The position numbers and the translations under genes were made by a program. From contig JAVECL010000243.1 of NCBI GenBank assembly GCA_051942245.1, positions 1-33,434 on the forward strand: DNA of 33,434 bases. The letters are read 5' to 3'. Positions within the stretch are counted from its first letter, which is position 1. The number at the start of each line of letters is the position of its first letter. Source of the DNA: Trypethelium eluteriae (Eukaryota). Below the pieces are notes generated by a model. That model had not been told where the DNA came from, did no database searches, and saw only the letters and a program-made list of their open reading frames with translations. Of the stretch, positions 10,242 to 22,696 are shown piece after piece.

Positions 10242-12469
10242 TGGCGGAATTTTTCGGATGTGTGCAGAGAACTCATTTGATGGAAAAAATACCCCCGTCC
10301 CTAAGAAGGAGAGTGACCTAAAGGAAGCCTACCAAGATCTTTGCTTATTGCTGAACGTCAGAGATCCTGTACAATTCTCTGCACTCTGATACCAAGCTTC
10401 TGAAAATACAGACACCTTACTATGTAGCTCTGAGAATCGGTTACAGTCGAACCACTCAAGTACCAAATCACCATTCTCCATTTTAAAAGGCACCATCTCG
10501 CGGCATGACAACCGCAGACAGAGTATGGCCTGCAGCAGAGCGGTGAGGGTGTATATCAAGTCGTGCAGCCAACGAGGTCGAACATCTAGGCCAGCGGCAT
10601 AAGCCAGAACCCCTTCATTGGTTGAAGACGGCTGTCAAGCGCCATTAGTCATGCCCGTTCTGCCTCACCAGTAGGTGAAATAAGAAGTGTCGGTGCGGCG
10701 GAGCACGGGGAAGTGAGCGAATCTTTTGATCGCTATAGGTTTGGGAGGCCCCTAGTAGGATCCAGCCATGAGGTTGGAAGATAGTCTCAGTAGGAGATAA
10801 AGAAGAATCGATAACATCTTCCTCAAATTCTGTGATAGATCCACACAACTTAGGAAGACCGTAAGTCTGTCCATTGAGGTGCCAAGGTCAAAAAGGCCAC
10901 TTTCGGTCCCATGGCAGAAACAAACAAGCAGCACAGTAGGTAGTCACAGTCGTATTGCGATTGAGGTGACCGGCGGCGCCGACCTTTAGAGAAAACAGTA
11001 CATCGTGGTTTCCAGGCTTTCTTCTCCCACGCTCTCCATAGATTGCCTATTGACTTTTCCGTTCTACGCGCCAGACCAAGGCTCAGTGCATCGAGCATAC
11101 CAGTCTCAGACGAGGCCACCCCTGTGCACTGTGGACTCTCTTCTTTCCAATCCAGCGCGGTTGGACCAACACTCGTTGCGCTCTGCATGCCCCGTAGAGC
11201 TTGGGAACATATCCATGTCTCCCAGTCTGTAGTATTTGACTACACCCAGTACCTCCTGGAGAGCAGCGAAGCTCCGCTTTGAAAAACTTGCTAATTGACC
11301 AGAATCAGGAGATGAAAGCGTATCGTCCTGGGGCAGCATCCCTGTGCGGGTCCATAGACGATGCATGGGTCGATTGAGTGGAAAATTGCTCCATCATTTT
11401 TAGAGACTGGATTTGTGGATGCTTTAGGGATTTTTTGGTGGTCAGTTTCGAGATTTGAAGACGTGAAAAGGAGCTAGACAGTGATTGGTCCAGCGTATGA
11501 ATGTTTGCGACGGATTTGGTGTTTTCCATGATAGAGCTTGCTTGCAAGGCCAGACAATTTGAATAATGTAAAGCATGGTCCGTAGCAATCGTACCAGTTA
11601 TATATTTACGTGCAGTCCGAATCCGTTGAAAGGAATGGGCTGGTTAGGAGCCAGAGCTCAACAGATCTGTGGAAGTGGTTGGATATTCGGTCCGATACTT
11701 TACCTTATTCGGAAATTCCGGCTGGTGTAGTTATTTGAAGTGCTATGCCCCTAGAAACCCCCTCTATCGAGGTCCAATGCGTTTCTCGCTCTCAGGTGAT
11801 GCTTTTGCTCTTTTGTATCCTCTCATTGTGCTGACCGTGGTGGTTGAAGGTGGGTGTACGATAATAGTGGCGCTTGGCCCTTGGCAGTACTGTAACAAGG
11901 GTACCTCATCTAGTCTCCATATCCTACCTTGAAGAGCGAAAACTCTGTGCTACGCGAATTCTTAGGTTCGTGGTTGGAATTACATCCGATGATAGCATCG
12001 TTTCCACGGTTCCTCGCAATTTTACCGTGGGGACTGCGAGAGGAAAAGCTGTCCAATCTTACACCTTTCCAAGAGTTCGGCGGAGAAAGCGCCAACCTGA
12101 ATCGGGCAATGTCCGCGCTAGAGTAATCAGTGTTTGAGGGATGTGCTCCGAATGTACGATAGCATCCACAGACAACACCCTCATTGCACGACAACGAAAT
12201 CTTGAATTCGGAATCATTCCGCAGAAGAATTTGGTCGACGATTACCCGGTTCAATACAAAAGCTGTAGGAAATGAATGAATATGTGTAATTATCTTATTT
12301 TATTTTTTTATTTTTTTTTTTGCGGAGAATCTAGAAGCGAAAGCCTTCATAATATGTCTAATCTTCCTTTTAGAAACCAGATTGGTTCGGCACTTCTCCA
12401 TAATATTATTTGAGGCAGTTTCTAACTTCCATCGTAGAAAATTGGCAGTTTCCCGTAGCTTGGTGACGT

Positions 12470-13866
12470 TCACAGCTTTGGATCACTCAATCTTCCAGTC
12501 CAAATTGGCCTATTGCTGTTATATATTTTCATCCTTCTCCTAATCTCTTCATGCGATTCTAGCGGCAATAGATTGCTTGGAGGCCCTAAGTCATATCTCG
12601 TACAATCCGGCATCAACCATTTCGTTGACCTTGACTGGATCTCTTTTCCCGAGGCATAATTCAGGCATGCGTTTGCCCAAAGCCCGAACGCATGCTTGGC
12701 TTGCGGTAATTTGGCGGTAATTATGGGAAATTCATGCAGCATACCCTCGTACTCATTCCAATCGACCGCAACACCTGATCTCGCTGCTTGCGCCGCAATT
12801 ACCCGATTACCGTCTATGCCTCGCTCCTCGCAGCCACAGAGAAAAAACATAGGTGGCGCGCCAGTCCAATCCCGTACTGCAGCCGGGGTGACGAGTTCAT
12901 GGTCTAAAGTCGCAGCACGACAATATGTGTGCTCCCGTGGCGGATTTGAGGGCCAGATATTGTCCGTTGGAAAAGAAGGTTGACATGCTGGCTGTAAAAC
13001 GGAGACGAAATCATTGGCACCATTTGTGTGCCATGAAGGCATCGAGTCACATAGATCGCACCAGCCACTGCAGTCAGTAACGCCACCGGGAAGTGGAAGT
13101 GCTACCCGACGACCATGAAATAGAATGTCCGAGTTGAGGAGCTTTTGAAACTCCAGAAGAAATTTTGTCAGTGCGAAGCAAAGGTTAGCGCCTGAGCTAT
13201 TACCAGCGAATATGACTCGGTTCGGCGAGGCAGGTGAGTATGGGGCATTGGGGGGAGGATAAAGAAGACTAGCATAGGCGATAAGGGCGTCGAGTATTGG
13301 TGCTGGGAAGGTGTTCTGAGGTACTAAGCGATATTTTATTGATGCGATGCGGGACTTTGTCATTCGAGCCAGACGAGCAGACGCAGCTCGATAGTCAGAG
13401 GGATGGCCGAAACTGGAGAGATTTTTTAGCAAACACTCCCAAGGTATCCTCGCGAGACGCACTAGAGACCTCCTCCATGAATGTACAAGATTGTCAGATC
13501 ATTCTCGCATTCATCTTCCAGTGCTCTGAGCTTGTCGACTTCTGGTAGTTGAGGCTCGGGAGCGTCACTGGCCACACCTTGGCGGGGGCCAATGAATTCA
13601 ACTCCAACATCAAGTATTGGAGTCTGCTCAGCCGGCGTAATTATGTGATACTCTTCTTTGAGCTGTTCAATCACTTGATATAACGCGTCGCGAATAGAGG
13701 ACTCAGATGGCGCTGCAAAGACATTTCTGCTAATCCACACAGGTCCCCGACCAGGCTTGTCGAGGGATGATCTTCGTTGTGTCTCGGAAATGGGCGCCAA
13801 CGTGTTGGCTCCGAAACTTCTAGCGATAGCTCTGACAAGCTTTTTCTGCTCTTCGACTGTTGCCAT
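12470..13866 (-). CDS. Alpha/beta hydrolase, HSL-like (abhydrolase_3) lipase/esterase; 2 exons
   Basis: ATG 13866 (MATVEEQKKL). Intron 13413-13462 (gtgcgt...gctaa...ccag) restores ILYIHGGGLYFGHP. Motifs YRLVPQNTFPAPILDALIAY, nucleophile elbow AGNSSGANL, and His region EYEGMLHEF. Confidence 0.9.
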
Positions 13867-14286
13867 GGTCAAGTCCGGCTGGGCGAACAAGCTTGAACGA
13901 AGAGTGCAAAATGATAGAGGCTTGCCGCAAGCTGTTTTAATTCGATAAAGGCATGCGGGGCTTCCTACTGTAGTAAGGTGGAGGTACGTAGAGCAACTGC
14001 AATTAATCGGCTTCGCTCACAGCCGGGCAGCGGCATGCCTCGGTCACATTGCTCACAATGTGCAGTCTGTAAGGTATGTGCATGTACGGAGTACATACAC
14101 GACATGCATGTAGGGTAGGGTAGGTACTGTAATATGTGCACTTATCTCAGATTATGAACGCATAAGATCTAAATGTATTAGCGCATTGGTTTTGCGCTTC
14201 TATCTGCCCTATACCTATCTAGGTTGCCCCTTTGCGTCTCTTCATGAATGACGTAATCACCCCTCGGACAGAGTCTCCACCCTCAA

Positions 14287-16000
14287 CTAGAAATCCTCTA
14301 CTGCTACAATTATTTCCTGGATAAGACCTACCATGAAACGCGCAATCAGGCTCCAGATGCTCTGGTTTTCCCGGCGAATCGCTAGCTCGTTACCATACAC
14401 TATTTCCTCCTCTCCTACCATTGATCCATCCAATATACTCTGTGCAACTTTTGCTCCAGCGCTGAATCCATCCTCATGAAAGCCATATCCCATCCAAGCA
14501 CCAGCAAAATGTACGTGCGACACACCGTTGATGAGATGAAGCCTCTTTGAAGCCAAGACGCTATTTGAGGTAATGACAGGGTGATGGTATATGTGTGTGC
14601 TTTGGACTGCGCGCGGAGAGTGGATTGGATTCATACTGACGAGTATATGACCTGGACTATCGCGTTCGCCGGGTTTAGGAATCTGCTGCAATCTATTCAT
14701 ATCAAATGTGATCGATATCTTCCCAGGTCTGTGAGTAAATTGGCGTAGTGGACCTTTTTCATGAGAAAAGCTCTGCGCAGCCTGCGAGTTCGGCATTTCC
14801 AAGAGACAGTTCCATGCTGCCCAAGCACTGTGCCGCCTTGGAAGCAGCTTCAGCAAGATCAGCAAGAGTATTAGACAGTTCGCTTCCCAGATCAACTTAC
14901 GGTTTCATCTGAATGCAGAACGCAGACATTTCGACTTGTTTGGAACTCGCCTAGGATTTCACGCTCATCTTTCGTTGCACTATCGCCAAGAATAGTAAGA
15001 GCTTGGTTGGCATGCACAGCTAGAACAATATCATCGAAGCAATGTTGCGATCCACTGTCAAGTCTTAAGCAAATTTCGGAACCTGGAAGACGAACCACTG
15101 ATTGTACACGTGAAGACAAGTGAATATGCTGATTCGGCCTGAGGGATGCTTCGAACGCTTGTATATACGTTTGTGAACCATGCTTGAATGTTCTCCAAAA
15201 CGGCGCTTTTTTCCATGCTTCTGTAAGTTGATGATGTTGCCTAATCTTGATGAGCCTCAACAATTGTGAACGATTCTGATTCAGTCCAGGACTCACATAA
15301 AATTTATGAGAAAAGAAGCCGGGAAATTTACTGCAAAATCATCAGGATCGGTACACCATGGAGCGGCTACCATGGGAACAATATAGCAGTCTCTGAATTG
15401 CCTTGAATAGGAATGACGGTCGAGGTAATCACCAATGGATTCCAACTTCCCATCTCGGCTGCACTGCGCTTGAGCTGAACCCCGCTCCGAGAGGATATCT
15501 GTCGCGAACAAGCTGAAGCGTAAAATATCAAAGATCAGACGCCAAAACCATGGTCTGAGTAGATTGGACCATTTCCCGACAAAATTGTAAATCCCCGTTC
15601 CAGCCCATTCGACTCTACCGTCGTTTCCGGATACACTCAAAGACATATCAGTCGAGATAGTGTCAACCCCTAGCGAGTTGAGAAACGCATTGAACTTTGC
15701 TGGCAAGGTCAGTTAAATACCTTCATACTTGCGCATCCTGGTGTTATAACCCCGATGCCTAGGTCCTCACCTACGATATGTCTGCTGATCAAACGTAATA
15801 AATCCAGTATCAACCCAAGCCGCTCTCCCATTTCCACAAAATTTCGCGGTACTCGCATGGCCTCCTAGTCGAGATTCGCTTTCGAAGAGATGCACTTCGT
15901 AACCTGCATTTCTGAGCTCCCACATGCAGGAAATTCCCGAGATTCCTCCACCGATGATGGCTACGCGCTTCTTTGGTCGTGAACAAGAGGTGGATACCAT
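14287..16000 (-). CDS. FAD/NAD-binding amine-oxidase-fold oxidoreductase, COG2907 family (UfaD / Rv0449c-like fatty acid desaturase); 4 exons
   Basis: ATG 16000. Introns 15700-15774, 15241-15296 and 14848-14900 all splice in frame. Motifs: KRVAIIGGGISG (GxGxxG), RLGGHA, VDTGFITFDQQTYPKF, TDMSLSVS..EW, LLPRRHSAWAAWN, YHHP, FAGAWMGYGFHEDG. Confidence 0.9.
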
Positions 16001-16965
16001 GATTTGTGCTGCACAATATGAATTCAATTGGGATCATATATCCAATAAGCTTAATGGCGTAGGTTTCATTCTCACTTATAGATGGAATGACTACGGACGG
16101 CAAATGAGAAAGGGCAAACCACACACTGACCAATAGATACGGAGAGACTTTGCCTTTCAGATTTGTCGCCTGGTGCCCGAAGCTATGGAACCTTGGAACA
16201 GCACCGTCTATCCCACGATCATCTTCTATCGGAGGGCCGCTTGAACGCATGATTGCGAATTATTTACCGCAACATGCGCGGTATTGGTCACAACTAGCTT
16301 GGACTGTTGGATCTGTACCTTATTTCCTCCATGCATCCCCAGCTGAGACACCGAGGCGCGTCGCCGAACCGGGAACCATTCATTGTCATATTTACCGAAT
16401 GTATGGACCGAGCAAATTTCGAGTAGTTAGTCGGTACGTTCCAAGCTTGGCATGCAAGGCAACACGGATATAACGCTGATCTCGAAATCGAGACGAGAGG
16501 TCTAGAAGGTGTCGCGATCGAAATCCTATGTATCCTGTACCTTAGCTATGAATCAATAGGACGGTTTATGCAGAATCCTCCAAACCATCCCCGGATCTTA
16601 CCTTTTTCACTCTAAATCGGACCAAAGGAGCATATGGTTCTCGAATCATTGCATCATCAGTCGAAGAACAACGAATCAATGGTGCCTAAGAGTTGGTATC
16701 ATAATGCATTGTTGGTGACTGATAACCCCTTGCAGCGTTACATTTCCGTTCCTTGCACCTGCAGAGCAGGACACGGAATTGTGGGACGGGATGACGGGTG
16801 ATACCCGTGCTCTAAAAAGCAAAGAACTTTTCCAAAGGCAGTAAAAGCCACATCAAGATTTCTCAATCGAAATATGTGAGGAAGTACTTCAGAACTTTGG
16901 GGTTCTAGACGTACAATCTCCATTAACAAGACTACTACCACCAAGAGACACGAGCTTGTCTAATC
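16001..16965. promoter_or_regulatory. Divergent promoter shared by the COG2907 oxidoreductase and the P450
   Basis: Head-to-head ATGs at 16000 (-) and 16966 (+). Several CGG triplets are present, e.g. CGGAGGGCCG at 16230-16239, but no assignable site. Confidence 0.5.
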
Positions 16966-18761
16966 ATGTTTCTACAATCAGAGATTCCAACGAAGTTCTA
17001 CTTGAGCCAAATGGTCCCAATCATTGTTGTTATTATCTTTGTCTTTGTAGGGAAGCACTTTAGTACATATATGAGCCCTGAACTGACAGGAAATCTAGCT
17101 GTGCATGCGTTCCGTATGGCTCCTTTACTTTCATCCACTAAGTAAAATTCCTGGCCCAGTCATCGCCAAAATCACAGATGGATACTCTGCCTTTCGGTCG
17201 TTTCGAGGTGATATGCATGATCATGTCAAAGCTTGTCACGAAAAATACGGTATGGGTTTCACAACAATCACCTAACGCTTGGACTAAGGAAGAATAGGGC
17301 CCGTGGTTCGATATGGGCCAAATCGTATTTTGACACAAGATCCTCCGGATTGGGATAGTAATTTACCCTATCGCGAGCCAAAAAAAACACTCTGACAAGA
17401 ACTGCAGCAATCTATGGCTATGCAAAGCCCTTTAAAAAGTCTACTGGTTATGCCACGATGGTTCCGTGGGAGGGTGGTTGGACCACGGCTACTGTCATTG
17501 ACAAAACATTGCATAGACAAATGCGGAGTACCGTCAGGACAAGCCTTTCAGCATCCGCTCTCAAGGACTTTGAACCCGTCGTTTTTCGAGTTTTCGAAAG
17601 ATATCTCAAGAAACTTTGTGCGAGTCCACGAACCTCGACTGGGTGGACAGAGCCGCTAAATATGCGCGAATCGAGTAAGGTGCTCTTCATTCTTCACAAA
17701 CTCTTGCAGCTGACTTGAGATCAGATCCTCTTTGGGGCCTAGAGACCATGGGTGAATTTGGATCAGGAGTCCAACTGGGCCTCTTGGACAGGCCTGACGC
17801 TCACTACGTCATAGAAATCCTGCACTTGCATACAGTCGCCCTTGGAGTGTTCGAGCAATGGCCAATTCTGAAGGGCTTGGGTTTCAAACATCTGTTTAGC
17901 TGGGCCATGGCTGGTCTTTTCTTATTCAAGATGCGCTTCAACAATTGGTACATCAACTTCATCCAAGATGCCCTCAGTAGGAATCAACACAAAGCGAGTG
18001 GAGTCTTCGCACATCTCATCCAGGCCGGGGTAGGAGAGATTTCAATTCCCGGCCACAACCGGTCACAGATGATTGCAGACGGTTCGTTCATGACTTTTAC
18101 CTCATCAGATGGACTTAGTGCCACGCTGAGTGGCATTCAGCATTACCTGGGCCATGATGAAAGGATATACCAAAAGCTTCAAGAAGAGATCCTTTCTCAT
18201 TTTCCGCACAAGGAAAGGATTGAATTTGGCCCAGAATTGAGCGCGTGCACTTACCTCAGTGCCTGCATTAACGAGGTCTGGCGCATGATACCTCCTGTTC
18301 TTGGAGTGCATTGGCGAGAAGCAGAAGTGCCGGTACGTATTGGAGGCTTTCCCATCCCTGCAGGCTGTGATGTAGGGTTCAGCATCTACGCACTTTTCAA
18401 GCGTCCGGACATTTTCCGTGATCCGCACAAATTCTGGCCTGAACGCTGGATCCCAGGAGTGCTGCCGGAGGAAGAATTTACGTTCGCCCGCAAAATGTTC
18501 AATCCGTTCCTCACTGGACCTAGAGCATGTCTTGGGCGGGGTACGGCAACGTTAACAACCAGCGTTGCTGTTGCAAATTTTGTCAAAGGTTACGAATGGA
18601 GATTGGCGAAAGAAAAGACATGTTTGTGTGACATGTGCACTCGGAAAGACGAGAATGCAAGTAGCGAGCTCATGCTGGAGACTCATTTCAGTATGCCGAT
18701 GTGGCGCGAAGGACCATGGATACAGCTGAGGGAGCGCTCATGGGAAAGCTCTGGCACGTAG
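16966..18761 (+). CDS. Cytochrome P450 with non-canonical I-helix; 5 exons
   Basis: ATG 16966. Introns 17047-17098, 17250-17297, 17358-17407 and 17675-17724. N-terminal TM anchor, HPLSKIPGP, HEKYGPVVRYGPN, ExxR (EVWR), PERW, and heme ligand PFLTGPRACLG. Confidence 0.95.
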
Positions 18762-21144
18762 ACGACATCACTGGAAAGCCGGGCATTATTGAGTGGTTCA
18801 TTTGACTCCCTAAAGATTCCTGGCCATATCTGTAACTCTCGATAGATGGTTTTTTTTTCCTAGGAAGATTGCGCGGGACCGGAATGGGAGCTGGGGTCCT
18901 GGGATGAAACCCCACTACTGATAGCTCACCAATTTGAGTTAAATTGACGTAAAGCAACTGAGACACCAAGGTGTGGTTTATCCAGTTCGATGAAATTTGA
19001 CGTGATCTACAAATCATCTCAATGCTGTGCCCCTCCAGAGCCCGAAGCGCCCATTGTGGATGTCAAGAGCCATCATCGCTGTTACCATATTAGTGCTAGC
19101 GTGAATGGTAGCCCTCCCAGTAATTCCTCACTGCTATCGCTCTATTGTTCTTACTGTCAGAGCAGCGTTCGAAGCAAAGATGCGCGTGAATAGTTGATAA
19201 TTAGATGTAGGTGCACGGCCATCTACGCTAGGGACGTCGGAGCTATCTCCGACATGCCCCGAGATTCGGCCGCAGCCTGCCTATGTCAAGCCATGTCCAT
19301 GTCCGTGCCGCGACATTACAGTCAAAAATCTTACGAATCCAATCCACAATACCAACAGTGGAACCTTGCTACGGCTAATCCCGCACTCTGGTACCCACCG
19401 CGGAACCTTTATCCTGGGCCCGATACTGTGTATCGGTGAGCATGCATGGTCCTAGAGACACGGACTACGGTAGCTGTTAGACAGCTGCAGATCAGGCACA
19501 CGGCACCACCGTTGGTGATTGTAGCTATGCGCCACAGTAGACGGATTTTCCATGGAAAAGCATACATATCCCTATTCGAAACGAAAGGTTGGGAGACCCA
19601 GTCACTATGCGATGTGCAGCGCAAACCCGATCATGACCCACGTCGATTTGACTATGTGCCACACCCATTTGATCATGTACAATCACCACGTTTCTAGTTG
19701 GAAGACTAGCTGCAGATGTTGGAATATTGACTGCATTGACGGCGCCCCTGCAGTGAGTGTGTCCGTTTGAGGTGGGAGATTCCCATCTGCAATTCATCAC
19801 TTTGTCTCAGACAAATGCTGAAGACAAGCTTCATGCGTGATTGCATACCTCGTAATGCGAATTTTCAAGGCGATCTATCATCTTGTATGGAAGCATGGGC
19901 CATATTGTCACTACCAGTACCCAGGAGCTCTGAAAGCTGTGACGTCCATGCAGAAGGAAAGGAGAAAAAATCTTTCCGACTGTTCATACTTTTGGAATGG
20001 GGATGATTCGCGCTCGTATTTTTTCTACGGTGATACTTTACAATACGGTTTGTAATACCCTTACGATATTTTTCCGTTAGCGCATCAAGTTTTACTCAAT
20101 GGAACCTGGGGCATTCGACCCGCTCGGATCCGAAGTTCTGGGAATGGGGCGAGAAGCGGGGGAAACTACTTTGTACTACATCATGGCACCATGGGTTGAT
20201 GGCTTGCAGCCACTACATCGCATGCTTTACCCTTATCCACAGTTCTTTTGCTGTCCCGCTCACTGATATCAGGACTGCCCCTTGAAGCTACTACTCCACC
20301 CACACACAAACTTTTCTCAATTTTGTTTCTTCTGGCAGCTGCTTGAACCTGCGGATGACGCCCAAATCACACAGTCAAGACCTACTCTGAGACCGTCTTC
20401 GCGATGAAAATATGATGGTCATAGCTTGGGTTACGAGCATTATGTTGGTGTGATAATTAGCTTCTGAAGCCCCGTCGTCCTGCATGACCGGGGTGTCAGC
20501 CTCAACCTCCAGCATCGGCACCCTGCCGTCTCCCTCGGATCTTCAGACCAATCCAATGATAGCGTAAGCGTGCGCATTCTCACTCTTGCGACAGTCAATG
20601 CAGCTACACTGCATGCAGGCAGGCCCTTGAAGGATTTGAAGTAGACAATCTTCCAAGCCAGCAATTATAGGGACATAATGGCCGTTGATCAGCACTGTTG
20701 TCGACTTTATTGGAAGTCGGAGCGAAGGGGGGGCTGAAAAAATCGTCGATCGTTTCTGTGATGACTTTATCTTTTGCTGCACCGTGGTAGTGCAGATCAA
20801 ACTCTTCTACACCCTTCCAAACCTCCTGAACGAGAAGACGGGGGCGGAACGGCGCGAATGTCGGCTCTTCGAACATACGACAGGGTATCCCCTAAACCTG
20901 TCGACTGCTGTATGGTTTGGGATCGCGGTGATTCCCTTTTTGCACGTGCACTATCTAGCTTGAATCCGCAAGTGCACATGCTATATCGATGATGTGCGTT
21001 TTCTGTCTGTCGCCAGCAATCTCCAGCGGCCCTCACAACTTCAGAAAGCCCAGGTACACTTGTCAATGGTTTTTGGCTTTCTATTGATCTCTCAAGCCCA
21101 GAAATCCCTCCCAGAGCTGCAAAGCCAAGACCTATTAGCAAAAT

Positions 21145-22541
21145 ATGGCTTCCGCCAGTGACACTCACCCGCCCGACGACAATAAGGCCTATGAGGTCTA
21201 TGCGACTGTCGCCGTAGTGACATTTTTACTTGTTATCACAACCGTCACTCGAGTTGCCACAAAGCTGTACTACAAATTGAGTCTAACGATTGATGATTAT
21301 TTCATAATTCTTGGAGCTGTCTGTATCCCTAATTCTCTTGTAGAGGCAATTTGTTAATTCCAACTCCAGAGCTTGAACATTGTTGCTAATGCATTCGACT
21401 GCAAAGCCGCAAGTGCTGGGTTCGGCCGTCACCTGCAATATCTAGAGCTGGAAAATGCTGTCACCGCTGCCAAGTACGCCCAACTGGCTGTTCTTCTCGC
21501 CGATTTTATTATCTGGGCAGTCTCGCTATCAATTTGCTTCTTCTTGTTTTCCATGATTCGGGGCACACATACCTACTTCACCTTTTTCATATGGGGCATG
21601 ATGGTCTTCACGTCTGCTACTGCATTAGTTGCGTGTATTCTTTGGGGTATTCAAGCAAAACCCATACAGAAGCTTTGGGACCCGAGGGTTCCCGGTACAA
21701 GAGCCAGCCCACAGTTGTTTCTTGTTATTGTCTATGTTGTTAATAGTGAGTTATTCTCAATCGTTCACCGTCCTGAACACGATCAAGAGAACTTCAAGAA
21801 CAAGAGATTGATATCCAGAATCTAGGCTTGCGACTAGTCATAGAGTTGCTGTACTCTATGTGCCCGTTGTACTTTCTCTGGGGCCTTCAGTTGGCCTGGT
21901 CGAGGAAACTTCCAGTAATTGTGTTGACTTTAATGGGACTACTGTATGTAGAGTGCTAACTTTCAACACAAAATTGATGAGGATCGCCTAATGAAGCTTC
22001 TAGTTTAACTGTCACGAGCTCTGTAAGCCTCGCGTTTACGAAGGAATTCAAAACGGAAGATACGACCTGGGGCCTTGTGCCGGAATTCATCACCGACATT
22101 ATTGATCGCAATCTGATGGTCTTCGTTGTAAACCTACCAGCAATTTGGATTTTGTTCCGGAAACTCCAAAAGGCTCGCGCCTCACGGAACTCCCAAACTG
22201 AGGGTACACACAGCAGTCAGACAGCCCGACTTTCTACATGGTTCAGAAAACGCCTGCTAAGTTCAAGTAATCGGTCGAAACAACATTCGTATACTGAGTT
22301 CTCTCGGGACAGCACCAGTCGAGATCTAGAATCAGGCAACCATGGTTCCAACTCTATCTCCAAAGTCATCGTCATGGGCGGTCGTGACCCGTATGCCTTG
22401 GATGATGATGACATTCCCCTCAGAGATCATACCAGATCGCAGAATGATGGACAACAACAGGCCAATCCAGAGATTAAGGTCGAGCGATCGGTTCGTATTG
22501 AGAATGAGTCTCCTGTTCGGGCAGTTCAGAGTGAGTGGTAG
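21145..22541 (+). CDS. PTH11-like / fungal rhodopsin-domain integral membrane protein (no CFEM domain); 4 exons
   Basis: Introns about 21319-21369, 21746-21825 and 21944-22002. Multiple hydrophobic helices, R...LTIDDYFI, GFGRHL, KPIQKLWDPRVPG and NLMVFVVNLPAI, followed by a polar S-rich cytoplasmic tail. Confidence 0.85.
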
Positions 22542-22696
22542 GTGGTTGCAAAGGTCGTAACCAAAAGATGCAGGGAGCGTCGTACGTATCGCTATTTGCA
22601 TTCTCCCGGTAGAGCGATGAATAAGACTTTAATCTGATCGATGGGTACTCTATATCTACTTAATGCGTGACCGCAATAGCACATGGAGCCCCAACA

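Noticed and set aside
13462..13464. TAG right after HGGGL, suggesting the hydrolase is a pseudogene
   Set aside because: The codon is split by a canonical 50 nt intron; splicing restores HGGGLYFG.
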